Of a stretch of DNA of 64,000 nt, positions 11,267-24,900 are shown one piece after another (the first letter of the stretch is position 1; each line of letters begins with the position of its first letter). The translations under genes and the position numbers were made by a program. The notes under the pieces are model-generated. The model worked only from the letters and a program-made list of their open reading frames with translations, had not been told where the DNA came from and did no database searches. Origin of the DNA: Klebsormidium nitens (Eukaryota > Plantae > Klebsormidiophyceae); NCBI GenBank assembly GCA_000708835.1, contig DF236966.1, positions 310,001 to 374,000 on the forward strand. Direction: 5' to 3'.

Positions 11267-14200
11267 ATGGCGGAAACAGGGGAACCGCAGACAGTGCCAG
11301 GGCCCGTGCAAGCAGCTGGCGTTGACACCGCCCTTCCACCTACTCAGGCAGCTGCCCTGCTTTCATCTCCGGTGTCGAGACAGGGGTCCCTCTGTCCAGA
11401 TGAGTTCCTGTGTCCGATCACGGTGCTGCTCATGAGCGAGCCCGTGCTGCTTGTGGAGACTGGACATACTTTTGAGAAGTCGGCCATCGAGCAGTGGTTT
11501 GACCGCGGCAACAGAACGTGTCCCCTGACAGGTGTCGTGCTGACGAGCACCCAGGTGAGGCTAGCAGCATGAGCTCATGTGCGGCAGAAGGCCCTCCAAA
11601 TGAAAGGTTCTGTCATGTTGACCTATTGTACAGCTCACATGTTTTGGCCCATTCTTCGAACGAGCCGTGATTTTGACCTCTGGTCAATGCAGGACAAGCT
11701 GTTATGAACTGGGCTAAGGGAGCAAGCAACGCTGCCAAATTGCTTAATGAGGGTTCAAAGCGCCAGGATCATTGTTAATCAGGACAAGATACCGGATCAG
11801 ACATTGGTCCAATTCACAAAGTGTGTGCCAAAGTGAATAGAACTACAAAGATATTATGCCAACCATATGTCAATCCGTGAGCAGTTGGTATTGTTTCTTA
11901 AACAAGGTCAAACTTCCAAGCAGCTAGAGGAGTGTGCCCTGACCATAGAACCTTGTTAAGTACCCCACTGCACCAGCTTTGCCTCCTGCAGAGATAGCTT
12001 TTGGAACATTGTGAATTCTCTCATTGCCTCCTATTAAGTCCTCTCCAGAGACAACCTGGCCCCATCCAAACTTGACACCTTGGTCCGATCCAAGCTTACT
12101 GTCAATCGCAACGTCGCTGGAATTCTCCTCAGACATCTGAATGTCAGTCTGAATGTCACCGGATTCTGCCTCAACTTTTAAGACTTTTGCAGGGGATCCC
12201 TCACCAGGACCGCACACCACACAAGTCTGAGGAGGGTCGCAAGTCTCTAGGTATCAACCAGCCACAATCGGCATTGCAGCCCATCTTCCCAGCGCCGCCA
12301 GTGTCAGACCCACAGACTGCCTGCAGGTGTCTCCGAACTTGACACTGCGCAAGCTCATCCAAGACTGGGCCGCCCGCCATCCAACACAAAGCGCCGTCGC
12401 GCAGACACCCTCGTCCTCTCAAAATCCGCACCCGCAGCCAAATGCAAACCTCGAATTGCCCAACACTCCGGTGCTGCCGAACAGCACTCCTTCGCACAAT
12501 AATTCTCAGAACGAGCATTGGGTGAGTATAGAGAACCTGGCAGGCTCTTGGCCGAGACGAGGTTTTGAGACGCCTGATAAGAAGTCTGAGATGTTGAAAG
12601 ATTGGTTCAATTTGCATTTCCCTTGATAATTATAACTGGTGATGTCAGCATTCCTCTGTGTGATTGTACATAATGGCGGTTTATCAGAGGATGGTTCACC
12701 TTCTGCCCCAAGAACAGTCTAACTTTCTCAGAATCAGAAAGGACTCTCTGCCAGTGTGACTGGACCCTCTTTAGCCTGCATATTTTGGTTCTGATCGTCA
12801 ATACTTCGCTTCACTCAGCTGCCTTCACAATGCCCTTCCTCCTTCGCCTGTACGTCTTCCTTCCTTGGCATCTTGTTTCACTCTCAGAGGATATAGCCCT
12901 CGTTGATAACCTCGAGGTTCTCTCTCGCTCTTTCCAATCGTGCTCGAGGTTTGGGGGAAGCCCTCTCCCGTTCATACTGTTTGAGATTCACAAATGAAGG
13001 CTTGCAGCGCAAAAGCAGATGCGACACAGCTTCAGTTCCTTGTACTGCCCCTGTGTCTCCGGTGCTGACTCTGTTGCCACTCCCACTGACCCTTTTTCAT
13101 AACAGAGCCTTGACCATGCGCATGTGCCCCTTCCCATCTTATCTCAATCCACAAGATCTGATCATCTGAGCCAGGGACCTGTCAAACTCAACTTTTACCA
13201 TTGTGACTGTGTCACTGATTCATCCCACTGCCCGCCAAAATAGTACAGAGCTCCAGTCAAAGCGCCTGATTCATTTGCCTTTCTCGCAGCTTGATCTGTT
13301 CCGGGACCCTAGCTCTTACCTCGGCGTCAATTCTGGAATGATGATGTCAGGGAGTGTGGTTCTGGTTGCACGACCCCATCAACGGGCAGCATTGCAACCC
13401 GTTTTTTACCCAGTCTCACAGACTTGTCTCCCTCACACATCTAGAGTTCTACCCGCCTTTCCGTCTACAGGAAAATAAGCTGCCGAGCACCGTTGAATTG
13501 CTCGACCAACCGATGTTCGCCTCGCAGACCAGCACCTAATTTCTCCTCCATGCAGGATTGGCTAACCGCCCATTTTCCTCTGACTGTAGCTGCCCGCCCA
13601 GTTAACTATGTTCGTTCCCAGAGTGACCCCTAACCCAAACTCCTCAGAACTGATCCACCGTCCCTTTTCCCCATAGGTCTACACTGCTCGCCCAGGAGAT
13701 TCATGTTCATCTTGTAGACCGACACCAAACCCGACTCTTAACCGTCTGTTGTGACCTGCTTGAGGACTGCCCGCCCAGTCATGACCATTTCCCCCTCGCA
13801 GACCGAAACCTAACCGAATCCTGAGTTTCCCTGTTTTCCTGCTTGAAGGCTGCCCGGCTACCATTTGCGCACCGGCGGGCTCCACGAAGAGCGCGGCTCT
13901 CGGAAGTTCTGGAGTCCCCGCTTCCGCCTGCAGATGATGACGAACCGCTGGAGGTGAGCAAACCGGTGGGTCTCACGATTTTTGGCTGTTGAGGCTCGTT
14001 CTTGAATTTGGCGTTCCGCTTTCATGTCCTACTATGAGCGGTCCACGGTTCTGAAACGGCGTTTAGGGAAACGCTGACGTCAGAGTATCCAGTTGTGGTT
14101 GAAGGGTTTCAGGTTTTGGAAATGGGATGCTTCCGGGGCTGGATGTTTGGGAATTCGCTGATGAGAGTAGGTGGCAGGCCCGCAACTGGGCATCCTACAA

Positions 14201-17200
14201 TCATCTTGATGTTGTGACTAATAATCACACAAATCCTGCATTGACAATGATGGTATGACACTTCTGCTGAGCTTTCACGGACGTAAGCAACGCCTCTGTT
14301 TGAGCCAAACTTTCACATTGCCTCCCGCAGAAGCAGTTGTCAATGATCCATCGGTGATCTCAACTGAACGCCAGTTTGGTTGAATCCAGCGGGCTCGAAA
14401 TCGCTGGACAACAAACCTAATTTGCTGCAGTGGCTGCACCGGCCAGTTGCATTTTTTTGCTGCCCACCTGCGTTCGGCGACTTTCCCAATTAGCAAACTC
14501 ACCCCTTTCTTCATTCTGATTTTCAGGCCGCTCCTCCTGAGAATCAGGAGGGCAACGCACCTACGGTTGACGCCGAACCCAGACTTTCGCTCGCTGCGGA
14601 GTTCGACACGATCGGGCCTCTCCCCCGGGAACAGCTGCTGGTTCTGGCGCACGTGGCTGCTCCAGAGACCGGGAAGCGCGTCCCGGTTGACCTGGTAAGA
14701 AATGAGAGTGCTGAATGTAGACTACTTATCCAGTGAACTGTTAACTTAGTGAAGGGTAGGCTTGTCCGGTGATCTGTTAACTTAGTAAAGGGTAGGCTTG
14801 TCCGGTGAACTGTGAACTCAATCAGTGAAGTGTAGGCTTGGAGGCTTGTCCGGTTGATATGCGTGCTTCACCTTCGTACCCACCCAACACCACCCGTCCC
14901 ACCTACTCTTCACTGGCGTTACTGTTCCCGAAGTCAATGAAACCTGTTAGCCCTTGGAGAGGGAACTCTGATGTACAGGAATACCGCTTCTAAAGTTGAG
15001 TCTTAACACGGTGTTCTTTGACCGTTACGCAAGATGTGAGGGACTTCAATCACGAGAGCGTTCCACGTGTCTGTGACATGAGGGAGGGTCAGATTGCCAA
15101 CGGGAAGAAAGCGGGCACCCAACCAATCGGAAGAGTAAACCACAGCAGCGCACAGATCAAGGTCGCCCTAGCAGCTCTAGACTAATAAAAGATATAAACG
15201 AGTACCTCCGCAAGCAAGCACGCAATTGCCAATAACCTTTGTTGCAACCATATGATTGATTTTCGTCCCTGCGCTGACTTAAGGAGACTCGCTGCAAAGA
15301 CAAAGTCATCTTCTCCTGCTTGCTAAGCACATCAACCGAGACGTACCACTTGACTGCCTTAGGCTCTTTCATTTGACTCGCACCAGATTGACTCGTGTCC
15401 GAATGTGCGCCTGCCAGGTGGCGGTCCTGGACGTGAGCGGCAGCATGGCGGCCGACCGCCTCCCGCTGGTGAAGGAGACGCTGCTGTTTGTGATCAGCCA
15501 ATTGCAGTCGTCGGATCGCCTGTCCATCGTCGCGTTCTGCGACCGCGCGCAGCGCGCAATCAGGCTGACGAAGGCGACCGAGCAAAGCAAAGAACGGCTC
15601 AAGCTCGCCGTGCAGGGTCTCAGGTAATTGTGCTCTGCATTGGTTGTTGTCTCCTCTACTCGTCTTCTCTTTCTTCCCTCTTCTTTCACCTTCCGATTCG
15701 ACTTTTCCCTCTGTTTTTGTTTGGATTGAAGTACTTGATATCTATCATTGCTTGGAAAACAAACAGAACCCTTTCTTTGTTTTCTCAACTATTCTTTCCG
15801 TGGTACTTGGAATTACCCTGGTCGCCCCTCTCGGCTTGATCGAGCGGAGAACTTCCTTTGGATCACATGCTTCCCTCGTTCTGTAAGGCGTTTCGAACAA
15901 AATTTGCTTTTTCACTTGGAGGTCTTCAGCTTCCGAAAGTGACAGGCTTCTAAGAGGTTGGTTCGTCAGTCTGCCAGTGTGATTAAGTCTTGTCTCTGTC
16001 TCTGGGATTTGGAATCTGCTACCTATGGCAAGTGCTTGAGTCTTCGTGACGTCAATCTATTCCAGGGCTGGGGGAGGCACGTCAATCGCCTCTGGCTTGG
16101 CGCTGGGCCTCCACGTGCTGACGTCACGGCGCGAGAGGAACCACGTTGCGTGCATGTTGCTCCTCTCGGACGGCCTCGATAATTTCGGGGGCGGGGCCGA
16201 CTTCGTGGCGCAGAACCAGGACCTGCTGACGTCAGCCACGCGGGACAGCGTCTCGGTGCACACCTTTGGTTACGGAAGGTGAGGAGACTGCATTAACAAA
16301 GCTGACGTCATCGTGATTCGAGCTTCGCTACAGGTCTTAAGTCGCTTTCTATTTTTTCTTTCATCAACCACTTTCTTGGTTTTGTGCCCAACTAACTCAA
16401 GGGTTTCGTTCGGGTCGCAAAATGCCTAATATAGCACGGAACTTGGCCCAATCAAAGCTCTGTATTAGTGATGAAATGCAATACTACAAATCCTACTCTT
16501 TTTTGGTACAAATATTGAGCAGCAAATTGGCGCCCACAAGGGTACAACTTCCGCTCGCTATAAAGCTGACTGTAGACGCCTTTTGAAACGTCTGGATCTC
16601 ATTGCATCCGTGGCTTCTGTTCGAAATTCTGCGTGTGCATTCCAAAAGAACGGCTTTTGAAGATCCCAGTGGATGATACTTTGTCCTGCCGTCTCTTTTG
16701 AACCTAAGAAAACGAGAATCCTCCAGATTCTGATCGAGGTGCGAGATAACGATCAGAACCCGCCAGGAAACAAGCAATGTCCTCATCTCCACGGACAAAA
16801 GAGTGCGCCTAACCAAAACAATTCCGATTGGACCTCTAGAAAGCCATTCCGCTCTCAGGAACCACGACGAGCATATCCTCGACGCGATCGCGGAAGGAAC
16901 CAACGGAACCTTCACGTTCGTCCGGAGCAATTTGGAAGTCAAAGAGGCCGTTGCGCAATGTCTGGGGGGTGCACTCAGCGTGGCTGCTCAGGCGACCACT
17001 ATAAGCATCACCGCAGCCTCCGGGGTCGCCGTTCTGTCCGTCAGCGCCGGAGCGTATGAAGCGACCGTGGATGAGGCGCAGGCGGCCGCGAAGATCGACC
17101 TGAAAGTGAGTCACATGCCTTTAGTTTCTTTGTTTACAGTCTCCCAGACTCGAGTAAGATCAGGGCTGCCGTTTCGCGGGCGGTGAAAACTGCTTAGGGA

Positions 17201-19441
17201 AGCTCTGCAAGACCCAAGCCGGCAACCCCGCGAGCGAGTCTTTGTACCCTGAGCAGGGTGCGAGAAACTGGAACAGTCTGGTTGTAAAGGAACGTTCCAG
17301 TCAAGCGCGCTGATGTCTTCTTCGTATCAGACAAGGCTTTCCCGCCGCTTTCTTGCAATTCACCCTAGTGGGTTGAGGGCGCATAGCCTGCCCGGGAGTT
17401 GACGTCACTCATCTGACGCCCTTTGCCTGACTGTTGGGCAAATGGATGCCCCCGACGGGAATGTTGCTCGAACCTCGTTTCGAAATTGCTGAGCTATTTT
17501 ATTGACTCAATCCCCGTCTCGGAATTTCAGTGCAAAAGCTAAAAAGTTGGCTGTTGAGGTGGGTCCTTCACTCGAGCCTCCAGATACGAGCTTCGTTCAT
17601 TCATACCCAGTGGAGGGCTATCACAAGAAGCGTGCTCGCCGACGTGTTTGTTGTCCAGAATTGACATTTATTGATCAAGTATAAATAGACCCGTCCAGGT
17701 CGCGCGCCCGTCAGAGCAACGGGCCACTCAGTGCTCGGTACTCCTCCGCCCTCTCGCTGACGTCACTATTGAAAGCTTGGCTGACGTCATCAGCTCGCCC
17801 CGCCTCCACAGGACATGTACTCCGGCGAGACCCGGGACGTTTTGATCACGGTCAGAGTGCCCGCAGCCGAAGGCGACCGCTCGGAACCCACCGAGCTCCT
17901 GTCGGGGCGGCTTCAGTACACGGTCCCGGGTCAGGAGAAGTTATCTAGGTCGCCTAATCTGACGCTCTTAATCGCTCGGGGAGAGGGCCCCGAGGGAACG
18001 GGGCCCAACGTGGATGTCGACATTCAGCGTAACAGGTAAGCATTCGACTCGCATTCGGAGATACGAAGAGAAGTAGTCGGTTTTGAAAGTGTTTCGTGAC
18101 GTCTTGTTTGTAATACAGTGTAATACAGGGGACAGGGAATCGTCACAGTTTGTCGTTCCGTCTGCCTACTTGCAAGTGAGAGGGTCAATCCTTCTGTACT
18201 TGAAAGTTTCGCGAGACAGAACATCCCATGCGGCCCCGGGCGTCTTCATTCCTTCTATCCACAGCAGCCTTGCAAGGCCTGGGCTGTCAGAGTTTTCATC
18301 AGTCCGACCTGCTGGTCGAACGCTTTCTAGTCGAACGCGAGCGCTTCGGACTTGATTGCGAAGCAAGTAGTTTATGCCGGTCGAAGCAGGGCGCTCGCAC
18401 GAACATTCAAGCCGCTCGCCCGACCGCTCATCGGCCGTTCTCCCAGATTGCGTGCTTCTTCAAGATAGTTGAAACCCACCGCCAGCCTTTACTCCGCACA
18501 CCAACGCTTATATCTCGACGTCCGCCATCAATTCCTGTCCACAATTTCGGCCGAGTGCCCATCCCCTGACGCCTTTAGGGCCACTGATTCACACCATCGT
18601 GAATCGTTCATTGACCATCGCGTATCCTTCCAGGCTCAACGCCGCCAAGGCGATGCGGGTGGCAGATCGGCTGGCTGGGGAAAACCACCTGGACCAGGCA
18701 CGTGACGCCATCGCAGCGGCTATGGATTCCATACGGCGGTCGATATCGGGCCAAGCGCCGGCGTGCGTGGCGCTCCTGGAGGATCTGCAACTAGTCGGGC
18801 GGGGCTTCGCAAGCGCGCGCGTAAGTTCGCTTTTTAACGAGGCCCACTTTTTTTGAATGTATTCAGCGTCAGGAAAATCGGCAGAGTTATTTTCCTGGCC
18901 ATTTTTCTGCTTCACGTGTATGTGAAGATGCTCTGCCTCTCCTTTTCTGACGTTCTTCACGTGGGTTTATGAACAAGAAACTGCCATGAGTCGAGTCCCT
19001 GGCAACATTCGGGAGGGTAATATTGAAGCTGTTCTCGTTACAAACGTTAAGAGTACCTGTCCGAATTCATGATCAAAAGGTAGCTGCCATCCGTGAAGTC
19101 CGATTCCACTGCTCTCGCTGATACAGACGCCATCATCCAATTCGTAGCACCCCTCTTGCTGATCGTGTGTTCGAATAGCCTGCATACTTAGAGTTTTGCT
19201 TTGACTATGACAAAGAGCTTGTTGTGTTCAGTTGGTCCGAGCCCCCCCTATTTGCATGCTCTTGCAGGAGTACCAGACGGAAGGCTCTAAAGTCGCGAAA
19301 TCGTCGGCTAGGATGCACTCCAGCCAGCGTGCCGCGTACTCCTCGAAGATCGGCGCGAGCGCTCGACGCCCATCTGAGTATGTGCAGTACGCCTCAACGT
19401 CCGCTGTTCAGATGAGGAACACGGCGTCCAGCAGTATGTAG
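11267..19441 (+). CDS. U-box + von Willebrand factor A + Vwaint-like protein (WAV3/EDA40-like E3 ligase architecture), ~668 aa
   Basis: Exons 11267-11554, 12327-12521, 13849-13953, 14527-14694, 15418-15623, 16066-16278, 16859-17105, 17812-18035, 18634-18820, 19268-19441 (2007 nt, phases consistent). U-box: CPDEFLCPITVLLMSEPVLLVETGHTFEKSAIEQWFDRGNRTCPLTG..PNLTLRKLIQDW. vWA MIDAS: VLDVSGSM, GGGTS, LLSDG, VHTFGYG..HD. Confidence 0.88.
14733..14852. repeat. Intronic ~36-bp tandem repeat, about 3 copies
   Basis: gtgaactgttaacttagtgaagggtaggcttgtccg at 14733, a near-identical copy at 14769, and a degenerate copy at 14805. Confidence 0.85.
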
Positions 19442-20444
19442 ATAACGGGGGATTGCTTCTAGCCTCATGCCGTTCGACAACCATCGAACGGCGCAGATTG
19501 GCTTCTTGCCAGCTGAACGATTCGATAGCAGTAACAGAGTACAGGGAAGAAATCAGCCGCCATCAGCTGGTGACGCAACCCCAAGTAGTACTGTAGCGCG
19601 GCGCCCTACAGGATCCGCTGTGTCAAGTTGCGGGTGTGCTTTGGGAGACTGTGATGCTTTCGTGGTTGTATAACCCCGGTCTCAACGGAGCGACGGTGGC
19701 CCATGGTTTAACGTGGCTCACGGCACTGAACAGGAAGTAAAGTAACTACGGTACCGGTGCTTGAGTTTTGAAAGTCCAGGAACAAGGGTATTGTAGCACG
19801 AGCTCAGTTCTTCTGGTGATATTGCACTTAAGCCCGAGTGACACCTTCCAATAGGTGGGTCACCATGTAGGTCGTGGGTTGCATGAGCAACTAGACTAGG
19901 GAGACAAGATTTCTGGCCCGTGGCTAGGTTTCTGGTGGCAGGCCCTGCGACATGGTGAGGTCAATCAAGACCGGATCCACTTTTAGTATCATAGAAAGAC
20001 CTTTGATATAGTCATCCCGTGCGTGTTAGTGTGCCATAGTGCACTTCTATAATTTGCGCTGTGGGAATATTTGCTTGAGCAGTTGGGATTTACCAAACTT
20101 CGCTTCAAAGCCTTTGCATCCAAGCTGCTTAAAATCGCATGGACATGATCGAATGTTGCCAATCACTGGTACTCACTGGTATCAGATGCACACATCCCAG
20201 CAATCCGTGAATATGCATACCGTGATACACGATGGGAAGCTCCAGCCGGTGAGGCTTGCAGCAACCCGACTCTCATAGGGCTGACATCACTCTTGAGCTG
20301 AAAAGGGTCCGATTGAGAGGACCCGAGCTTGAATTGCCCGACAAGGCTCGGGCAAATGCCCTGTTGCTTACAGGGCTTAGCCCCGATTTTGTTTTTGGGT
20401 GACGTGGCAACGTTCAAAAGCGCTCGGTGTCCGAACGCTGATCG

Positions 20445-20611
20445 TTCTCTAGAATAGGTTTAGTAAGCTCAACCTTTAGTACTGGGACGGGTAGGGTTAG
20501 TATGGTGGTTAGAGTGGGTATGGGTGCAGAGCGGGTGATCATCTAGGTCTAAATTTTTGGTATTAGCTCGTTCTCACTAAACTTTGGGCTTCCTAAACCT
20601 ATTCTAGAGAA
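20445..20611. mobile_element. MITE-like/fold-back element, 167 bp, with perfect 19-bp terminal inverted repeats
   Basis: ttctctagaataggtttag (20445-20463) is the exact reverse complement of ctaaacctattctagagaa (20593-20611). The interior resembles repeats at 55765, 57221 and 14875. No clean target-site duplication abuts the TIRs. Confidence 0.55.
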
Positions 20612-21961
20612 GTATATTCGAACGCTGGGGGCGGCCCACAAAACGAGTGATTTCGCCGTGATGGCGATCATCTATGCAGAACGCACGAGCGCGCTCGCAG
20701 CCTTGCCGCCGCGTGTTTGCCGTCCTGCATGGGCCGATTCAAGTGAGTCAATGATGGTCAGGTACTTAAAAGGTTTCTGCATGACCGCGGGGATTTTTGC
20801 GCCCAATAAAAATCCTGGTTCAAAACTTTACCCGGGCGGGCTCGGCGGGCGCGGCGGGGCGCGGCCGCGCATCCGCCTAGCCGCATATGCAGGCTAGCTC
20901 GCGGCAGAATCTGAAGCAGTTGCCCCCACCCAATCCTGTGAATCAGGAACATGGTAGCCTGTAGGCCGGGAGAGAGGGAGTTCCCCGCATGCAGATCACA
21001 TACCGGTACGTACCTGGACCCGGCCTGGCCGGGTCAAATCTCCAAACCCTGCGATCCGTCAGGTAGCCGGCCGGGCACGCGGCCGCCGCGGTCCATATCG
21101 AGTCGGGAATGATTGAGCTGAGCGCGGTCGTATCCGTAGCAGTTCCTGGAAGCTGTATCATGTGTATGTCATTCGCGGCTGTCCAGCTGAGTACTCTCAG
21201 TACGAAGGGTGATTGTGGAGCAGATTTATCAGACTGTGTCTCAATCAGAGTTGCCAAATTTCTTGGCCGGGCAAGACTAGCTCCCTGGCAACCTCCTACA
21301 ATATGGCTCTATGCTTCTCTGATTACCGGCCGTGCTTCTTAATCTCACCACATTCACAGCGCCCTCGTCCTAAAACTCTGCAAATGTGCCGAAGCTATTG
21401 TCATGTCCCATCTCAACAACTCTCCTCACGGCTAGCACAGCCTGCACAAGCGAAGAGAAAAAGCCTTAGAGGGAAAAGCTGCTTTGGCCGTGCTTGGACG
21501 TTAGGTACAAGGCAAGCATGTAAGGACCTGTGCAGTGAGCTCCGCAAAACTTGCTCAACATTCCTGATGCTTGTCTCCTTCTGTCAATCCTTGATGATTC
21601 CAAGTCTGGTGTCTCGCTCCAAATTGTCACAATTGTGAGTGTGAGAAAGGGGGTAGACAGCGTAACATTGATACGTTTGCAACGAAGTTTCCGAGCACCA
21701 AGAATGAAGAAGACGGCAATATTGACTTGGTTCGTGAGAAAGAAACTGCATGTGCCATTTGTCCGCACCACATTAATGTCTCTGCGATCTTTCAACGGGC
21801 TTGCAACACATGACATTGTTGCAATCTATTTGCGCATATGCTCTTCTAAAGAACTTGTTAGGTTCCACCCTGGGTCCTGACAAGTACTGTTTTTCTGTCT
21901 CAGCAGTTTACTCTCCATTTTGTAACCACCCTTTGGCTCTGATGTGATCCTATATCTGCAG

Positions 21962-24900
21962 GAGTTAGCTACATGGCGGGCACTGGTGCCAGCGTTGAGT
22001 GAGGACGGGCTAGGCAAGGTTGCGAAAGTACTCTCCCCAGAAGAGCTTTCGACCGTGGAAGAGGATGACTTCTCCAAATTGCTTTGGGATCTTGAACTCA
22101 GCGGTAGCGACCTCTGGGTCCTGGACTGGGCCTCGCGCATGCTAAGTGAGTTCAACGGTATCGGGCATGCGACTTGTATGTGTCAAGACTGCGTGAGCCT
22201 GTCAAAGTCGAAGGCCCTCACATCAGTGTTCTGGATAGTTTACTGGTGGTTTGGAGCGTAGATCTTGTGACGATTCCTGAAAAGGCCGTGTACGCAGGAA
22301 TGGTCCTTTGAAGCTAGGCAGCAGTCGAAAGCTCTCTCTGCATCCGGAAATTCTTTCGATGCTCGCAGCTTCTATTGCTCTCGACATTGGTTGCAAGCTG
22401 CCAAGTTTGGAAAAGACGGTCAAAGAAGTTGTCGAGCACGTTATAGTTTTTGAAGCATTTGAGTGCGCGAAAGACATCTCGTCACACTAACCCTCATATA
22501 ACGGACTACACTGATGAAACAGTGGAGGTTGATCGTTGACGTACTGTGATCAAATAAAATTTGAATGTTCCTTCTCCTCTGCAGAGCAGCATAATCTAGC
22601 TGGATTTCCGAATTTAGTTCCAACGGGCACACCAGACCTGTACGATTTCAAGAATGAGCAAGGCATGGTCTGTCAAATATTCTTTTTGGATCAAGATGGC
22701 GCCATTCAGAAGACGTTGCGGAGCTGGACGGCAATCAACGAGAGCACCTTCTTGCAAGATCCAGCAAATGCGCGAAGCAACTCCTTATCACATCTCTTGG
22801 TATCTGGCCTTGCAAAGGTGAGAATGCAAATGTTCGCAAAGACACACCTGCTTGCAGCGAGAACCTCAAGGAGAAGAAAACAACTCGACTACAGCAACCA
22901 TGGTGGGGATTGAAGCTTTTTGGCGGTCCAGTGTTCTCGAAAGATTGCTCTGAAATCAATGTCTTCGAGGTCTGAGCTGTACGGTTGCATCGGGTGTACC
23001 GACAGCCAGATTTCACCGCTTAGTATAGCCACTTTTTTGTAGCTCCAATTCCATTTTCAACAACCCAGGAGGCAATCCTATAGTCCTTGTCATGCTAGTA
23101 GATGCAATTCTGTGAAACTTCCCGAGCGACTCGTCAACAGAGACTTACTTTCGGTTTTAATGTGCTGCAGTTCGGCAAGTCTCTTATCATCCACCGTGTC
23201 GTGCCAGCCCTGCTGAAGACATCGCCGACTTTTGGCATTGGAGAGCCTGCATAGGCACTTGTTTGCTACATCGACCTGAGCTTCTTAGACCGCACGCATG
23301 GTCTCAGCAGATTTCTGGAGGAACTCCTTCACGAGCTCAACGGTTGGGCTAAAATCCACGGGTTGGAGCAAGTCCGACTTCCTCCTAGTGGAGCTTCATC
23401 AACCTTCTTTGAGGTGCGCTGAGAAACCTGTTTAACAATACGTCAGGCTTCCTTACGAGCCAGAACTGCTGGCGTCCCGACCCTCCGTCTGGTCTTACAA
23501 CCCACCTCTTTGTAAGCTCGTCGCTGACTAAACAAATATTGCAATGGGAGTCATTTTGAGTACAAAAAAGATCCCGTCCGAGGCCGGCCGGCAGCCTCCC
23601 TGCTCGGCAGAGGTTAAAAGCAGGGATACCGCGAGAGCGAAGAGAAACGAAACAAGTTAGAAGATGCAGATTCCACGGTTGCAATTCACGTGCCTGGTTA
23701 AGAATTGGGTACATCCAGGATTTAAGCAGGTCAACGCCTGGAACACAAACAGCAAAGACACTCACGCTCGACACCACATACTACATGCTGGCTCAAAACG
23801 ATCAAAATACTTAATCGAGACATCAACCAGTCAATATATTGAGTGCAAGTACTAACCTGTCAGAGGGCTTATTCTACCTGACGGGCCAACCACCAGGCAA
23901 AACCTACGTGTTAACCCGCAAGCTTGTGGTCAGACAGGGGTTACATCAGAAGAAAAACCGCTGGCAACGAGAGTGTGCTGCTCCACTAATGCCATCTTAA
24001 CGCTTCTTGAACGCGACGAAGAACCTGACTGCAGTGCAGACAGAAAGGCTAAAGCAACGATTAAATTCCTCCGTAGATGGCGCTGGAAGCCTTCTTTTCG
24101 AGCTTGCCCGAGGACCGCCTCTTCTATCTAGCACTAGACGAGCTCCAAGAAATCTTCCTCATCTCCGTAGACGGCGTGCTGAGTCAGGATGACGTCATAC
24201 GGGCCGGGGTGGTGCTGAAGCGCCTCCTCCGCCAGCGGAGCAACGTGCTGGTGGCGGTCACCGGAAGCGGAATGGCCACCGTGTGGTCAAACATACTCAG
24301 TGCCCCAGCAAACGGAAGGGCGGTCTATTCAATGCTTCGAGTCCTCGCCCTGCCATCAAGTTCCCCTGAGCCCGCGATAGCGAATGCGTGGGCTTGGCTC
24401 AAAGCCCATTCAATTAGCGGCGGAGTTCAGCTGCCCGAGGAGCTTTTGCGCTCTAGCCCGCGAAACGTGGCGCTTCTCGTGGACTCCGTAACGGATTTCG
24501 TGAAAAAGGGCGCGCCGGAGGACGTGATGGAGCACGTCCGCGGGTACGAGAGGACCAGGCTGGTAAAGGAGGTAAGCATCTTGACCACTCATACCTTGAC
24601 TGCTGGGCTGAAGTGCTTGCAGCCGGGTCTGGCTAAAGTTGACATTCCAATTTGCTTTACTCAGGGTCCATAATCGGTCTAAGATACACGCTTGTCAAGT
24701 CATTTGTCCATTTGTCGTTTGTCCATTTCCTTTCCACGTGCCAAGATCCTGCCGTGGGCTTTCAGGATGATGACAGTCGCTTTTCCAGTATAATTTTGCA
24801 GGCCTATCTCTCGTCTCTTGTGCCCCCTTGTGCAGATCGGGTCCACTAGAAGTATTGATAGAGTTGCGCGCGGGAATTGTTTGCTGGCCACCATTTACTT

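Noticed and set aside
11600-13200. Broken minus-strand protein-like frames in U-box gene introns (e.g. 11924-12220)
   Set aside because: Interrupted by multiple stops, with no RT, integrase or transposase motif recognised.
23252-23254. In-frame TAG as programmed readthrough or recoding
   Set aside because: Additional frameshifts in the same gene make ordinary decay the simpler explanation.
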